Part shown: positions 60,071-64,000 of the stretch, piece by piece
Layout of the letters: each line of letters starts with the position of its first letter
How positions within the stretch are numbered: position 1 is the stretch's first letter
Source: Podarcis gaigeae
Taxonomy: Eukaryota
DNA length: 64,000 nucleotides
NCBI GenBank assembly: GCA_964106915.2
Contig: OZ066917.1
Reading direction: 5' to 3' (one strand)
The notes under the pieces: model-generated
What the model was told of the DNA's origin: nothing
The model's input: only the letters and a program-made list of their open reading frames with translations
Databases searched by the model: none
Translations under genes and position numbers: made by a program

Positions 60071-61787
60071 TGGCCCACAATATGCTCTCTCAACCCTTGC
60101 CCACCAGGATTTAGGATGCATTCAGATGCGGGGATCACTGCATTAGTGTTCCAGATTATAGAGCTGACACTTCTGTCCCTGTTTCTAAACTTCCTTTGAC
60201 ACTGCGCTACCTGTTCTGTTATAGAACTGTGGCTTTTTGAGCAACGCACTCTGCTAAGTTTTAAAGGATGGGAAAGAATGGTAAGCCCCAAATTTCGCCA
60301 CTTGAAATTACAATGTGAAACACCTGTGGTTTTCTGAGCTAAGGGGGTTGCAAATAACCAACACATCATATACAGTGCTGTTGGGAGAGACCCCTGCCTG
60401 AGCAAGCAGAGATGCAGGCAGTCAAAGCTACCCACTCCAGCAGGTATCGCAAATGTACATATGTTGGTCTGTTCCTGTGACATGGGCTTGCACCACCACT
60501 GTTGTATTGCAGTATTTGTCTGAGTGGCAAAATGGGTCAAGCAAAGCCATGAGTAAGCAGCAATGGCGCAGCAGGAGACTGAGCCATGTCTTCACCGCCT
60601 GAGCTGCCCTGCCACTCACAAACGTTATCCCCTTTCTAGTGTTGAAGTAAAGTCATTAGCCTCCATATGTGGAATGCCATCTCCTTGTCCTTCTCAGGCA
60701 GTAAAATGTCTTCTGCTGGCCTTGACCTTGGGGGTGACTGTAAAAATCATGTGACCGAAGAACAGCAAAAATAGCTAAGGCAGGTTTGTATTGCCATCTC
60801 TTTAGTACAGAAGCAAATGCCTCATTTTATGACTGGCTGGCTGCTCCAGAATTTAGAGGGTTCACTAGAGTTCACTGAGAATCATCTCAAGCCAATGCAG
60901 GTAATCTTGAAAGAGAATCCCTTAAAGAGAATTGCTGAGCGGATCTTATATAAGATACTCCTGCTCACTCAAAAGTCATTCCACCTGCTATCTGGCAGAG
61001 CAAATATGAGTATAATTAAAAGCAGACGTTTCGAAGAATGTTAGTACCCACAGGCTCTTGAATTCTGTGAGTTATAAGGGCTCCACCTCATCTAAGCAGA
61101 ATATTCCTCCCTTTGGGGGCTCTGGAGAAATTAAGCAGCAACATTTGGCTAATAGTGACACTCTCTGCAAAGCGAAAGAGTGTCATGAATGTCTTGTCCT
61201 GCCAGGAATATGTTATTTTAAACACACCTCTCCTCAAAAATCCTCTCCGTGCCAGCCCCATCCATTTCCAAAGGACTCACACTGCCTCAGGCACTTAAGG
61301 ACCGGAATGCAAGTTAATTAAAACATTGAGAAACTTCCCAGCTTCAGTCTTCTTATGCCCATACTTCCTCTGAAGGGTAATAAACTATCGTGGGAGTGTG
61401 AATATATATTACGGTACATTAACGGGAGTAACAAGTTGCGCAAGTTAGTTTGGAAAACTGGGTGCACCTCCATAAACTCATTCCAATGATTAACTACTTG
61501 GAAGTATGACCTCAGACTAGAAACAAAGATTTATATATTCAAATATTTTCCACAGAGAGAAAAAATATGTGATGGTCTCATTTAATATTTAATGTTTTTG
61601 ATTTGTTATCTCTTGTACTCTCCACCCGTGTTAGCATGTAAAATAAAGAACCAGACATTGAAACAAACTTAGGGTGGGGCACATTTTGGAATTCTCAGGG
61701 TGAAATGTGAACTCTGAGGGCATTTTTTAAAAACCCATTTGTATTTTTAATGAAATAAATTGCTGTACATTAAATTATACTTAGATA

Positions 61788-62136
61788 AAAAGGTAAAGGT
61801 ACCCCTGCCCGTTCGGGCCAGTCTTGCCAGACTCTAGGGTTGTGCGCTCATCTAACTCTAGAGGCCGGGAGCCAGCGCTGTCCACAGACACTTCCGGGTC
61901 ACGTGGCCAGCATGACCAAGCTGCTCCGGCGAACCGGCACCAGAGCAGCACACGGAACACTGTTTACCATCCCGCCAGTAAGTGGTCCCTATTTATCTAC
62001 TTGCACCCAGAGGTGCTTTCGAGCTGCTAGGTTGGCAGGCGCTGGGACCGAACGGCGGGAGCACACCCGCCATGGGGATTCGAACCGCCGACCATGTGAT
62101 CGGCAAGTCCTAGGCACAGCGCCACCCGCGTCCCTG
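61788..62136 (-). mobile_element. Sauria SINE
   Basis: Head acagcgccacccgcgtccc (reverse) and B-box ggattcgaacc. Perfect 12-bp TSD tatacttagata (61776-61787 / 62137-62148). Confidence 0.95.
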
Positions 62137-62365
62137 TATACTTAGATACCTTCATTATAATTGCATACCTGCCTGTCCATCAAATATTAATGCTTAATTC
62201 TTAATCCTTAATCATATTTTAAAATGTTAGTCAATATTTTTTAAAAAAAACAACAACAAACTGACTCAATTTAGATCTGTCTGACCCATGCTACTACAAT
62301 ATTTCATGAGTGAAGTTCTTTCCCCAACCCCCCAACCCAGCTATAAATAATTGGTGAACACCTCA

Positions 62366-62604
62366 CTTAGGGTGATATCCAATCACACTAGTTCAAGAAC
62401 TTTTAGTTGCACAATGAAATTTCCCCACCCTCTCCTCTCCCTGCCCCCCAACCCCTAAATCTATTCTGGAGAGTTGTGGAAACATAATTACAGATTTATG
62501 GGCTGCTCAGAGGAACACGGAGAGAAGGGGGGCAGGAAGTTCTACTGCCCAATTAAAAGTCCTTGTGAAAAGCAGAGCTGTTTAGTTTGAATAAATTACC
62601 TTAG
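62366..62604. mobile_element. Degraded palindromic Harbinger-like MITE
   Basis: ttagggtgatatccaa...ttgcacaatgaaattt, similar to 17328-17561. Confidence 0.5.
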
Positions 62605-62924
62605 AAATTGATTCTTCATTACAATAAGCATATTTCCACTAATTTTTAATTTGTTCAGTCTATATCAAAGCAGCAAAAGGATGTTTCAAGAAAGCAATGG
62701 CCAAACCTATCTGTGAAAGTCTGTCCTAACTTTCTAAAAGCCCTCATGATGTATTATAGGCTTTTTCCATATTTATTTTATCTATCTAGACTTTTATTCC
62801 ACCCAGTCCAAAGGCTCAGTGCAGTTCATGTCACAAAGCAGCAGTAGAACCCTGGTTTTCCTGGGTCACACATTGGTAGTGTTTACACATAACAGTAAGC
62901 TATAGTTAATAGTTTGTCATAAAC

Positions 62925-63298
62925 ACAGAGATGATTCCTTCTTTGCTCCTTTCCTGGCCCAGACTGTCCCCAGGAAAGGAATCACCTGTGAACATAATGG
63001 CACCAGCTTTGCTTCTCCCTCGGCTGGAGTGGGAGCAACCAGCCATCATCCTTGGCTGAGCATTATATCTGAACCAGGGATCATGGTTTGCTTTGCGCCC
63101 GACAAATCAAGATGATCAGCCAAAGTTTATTCTTTGTTTTCCCAGTCATGGTCTGTCCGAGGAAAACAAATCATGACTACTGGTTCAAATGTGGTTTGTT
63201 GCTCCCAGTCCGATTAAGGGATTCATGAAGTGGGAGCCATTATATTCACCATGCAGTTCCTTTCTAGGGGACATGCTGGGCTAGAATCTTTGTCTCTG
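62925..63298. mobile_element. About 370-bp degenerate palindrome (foldback/MITE)
   Basis: Nested inverted pairs: ccaggaaaggaa / ttcctttctagg, gtgaacataatggc / gccattatattcac, gggagcaac / gttgctccc, tgaaccag..tcatggtttg / caaatcatga..ctggttca. Confidence 0.7.
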
Positions 63299-64000
63299 AC
63301 TTTTGCATGCATGCTCTAAAGTATATTTCCAGGAACATTTCACCGCAACAAAGATTTCTCTGCATGTATTAGGCTCTTAGCCATCTAGGTATCTGGTAAA
63401 TATTTGTCATTCCAATAACAACTCAGAAACAGGGCATATAATCTATAATATACATTTAGCAAAAAATATATTTTTATTCTTTGCACTTTTTGCCTTCCTG
63501 CTGGAGAGGAAAGTGGTGGGTGGGAAGGTGGCACACACATCTCTGGTGAAATGGCAGAAGCCAAGAAGCTTCCATTTTCTTTGAAATAGTAAGCCACACG
63601 TACCAAAATGACATGTTTAGTTCTGCATGCATGAAAAAGCTAATGAAGGGAAGCTGACAGCCTTTCATCTACTACCATCAAGCTGATTTCTTTTGGAAAA
63701 TATTATTTGGAAGAATTTTTAACCAGCCTCCTTGGTTTTGACTTGGCCAAGTCACCCCATGCTGATACCTAAGTAGAAGAACGGAAGCACTAATCACACT
63801 TCAGGCTTTAGCAGAAACCTGAATCCCCCTAGAAACACACATTTTGAAAACAAAATGTATTTTCTGTCAAAGCAAAGGAGCCATTTGATCTATAACCACC
63901 CACACATTGCAACTTACACTGTGTGTTGTGTGTGAGAGAGTGATGCTTGGCTCATGGACTTTTGATGTCAAAAAGAGATAGGCCATTGACTTCACCATGC

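Noticed and set aside
59692-60540. Poly-S/L/F/R ORFs
   Set aside because: All are translations of the (TTC)n microsatellite.
1-64000. CRISPR arrays, operons or other prokaryotic systems; true tRNA genes
   Set aside because: The sequence is vertebrate. No repeat-spacer arrays were seen, and the A/B boxes found belong to SINE heads without full cloverleaves.

Overview
Vertebrate nuclear DNA from a squamate reptile. The Sauria SINE, BovB and MITE repertoire points to a lacertid lizard, which is an inference. I could not support any host protein-coding exon or RNA gene, so the window looks like intron or gene desert, and most of the ORF track is noise. It is densely populated with transposable elements: four Sauria SINEs, two BovB 3' ends with target-site duplications (TSDs), CR1, L2 and Rex1/Babar fragments, Tigger/Tc2-like MITEs, many 8-bp-TSD hAT MITEs, Harbinger-like palindromes, two solo LTRs with 5-bp TSDs, and a Penelope-derived insert. 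TE family names come from recognition of sequence hallmarks, not a database search. The most notable items are: (1) a 760-bp solo LTR (32129-32888) that is almost entirely one ATG-less 210-codon open frame, acidic then basic, ending just before the poly(A) signal; (2) a Penelope insert (31753-31953) forming a perfect 79-bp inverted repeat that overlaps a minimal hammerhead-ribozyme-like motif; (3) a 5S-rRNA-derived SINE-like fragment with an L2-type tail; (4) a hAT MITE carrying TTAGGG repeats; and (5) several clean nested insertions. Several TE-poor, homeobox-motif-rich stretches are candidate conserved non-coding elements, but this cannot be verified here.
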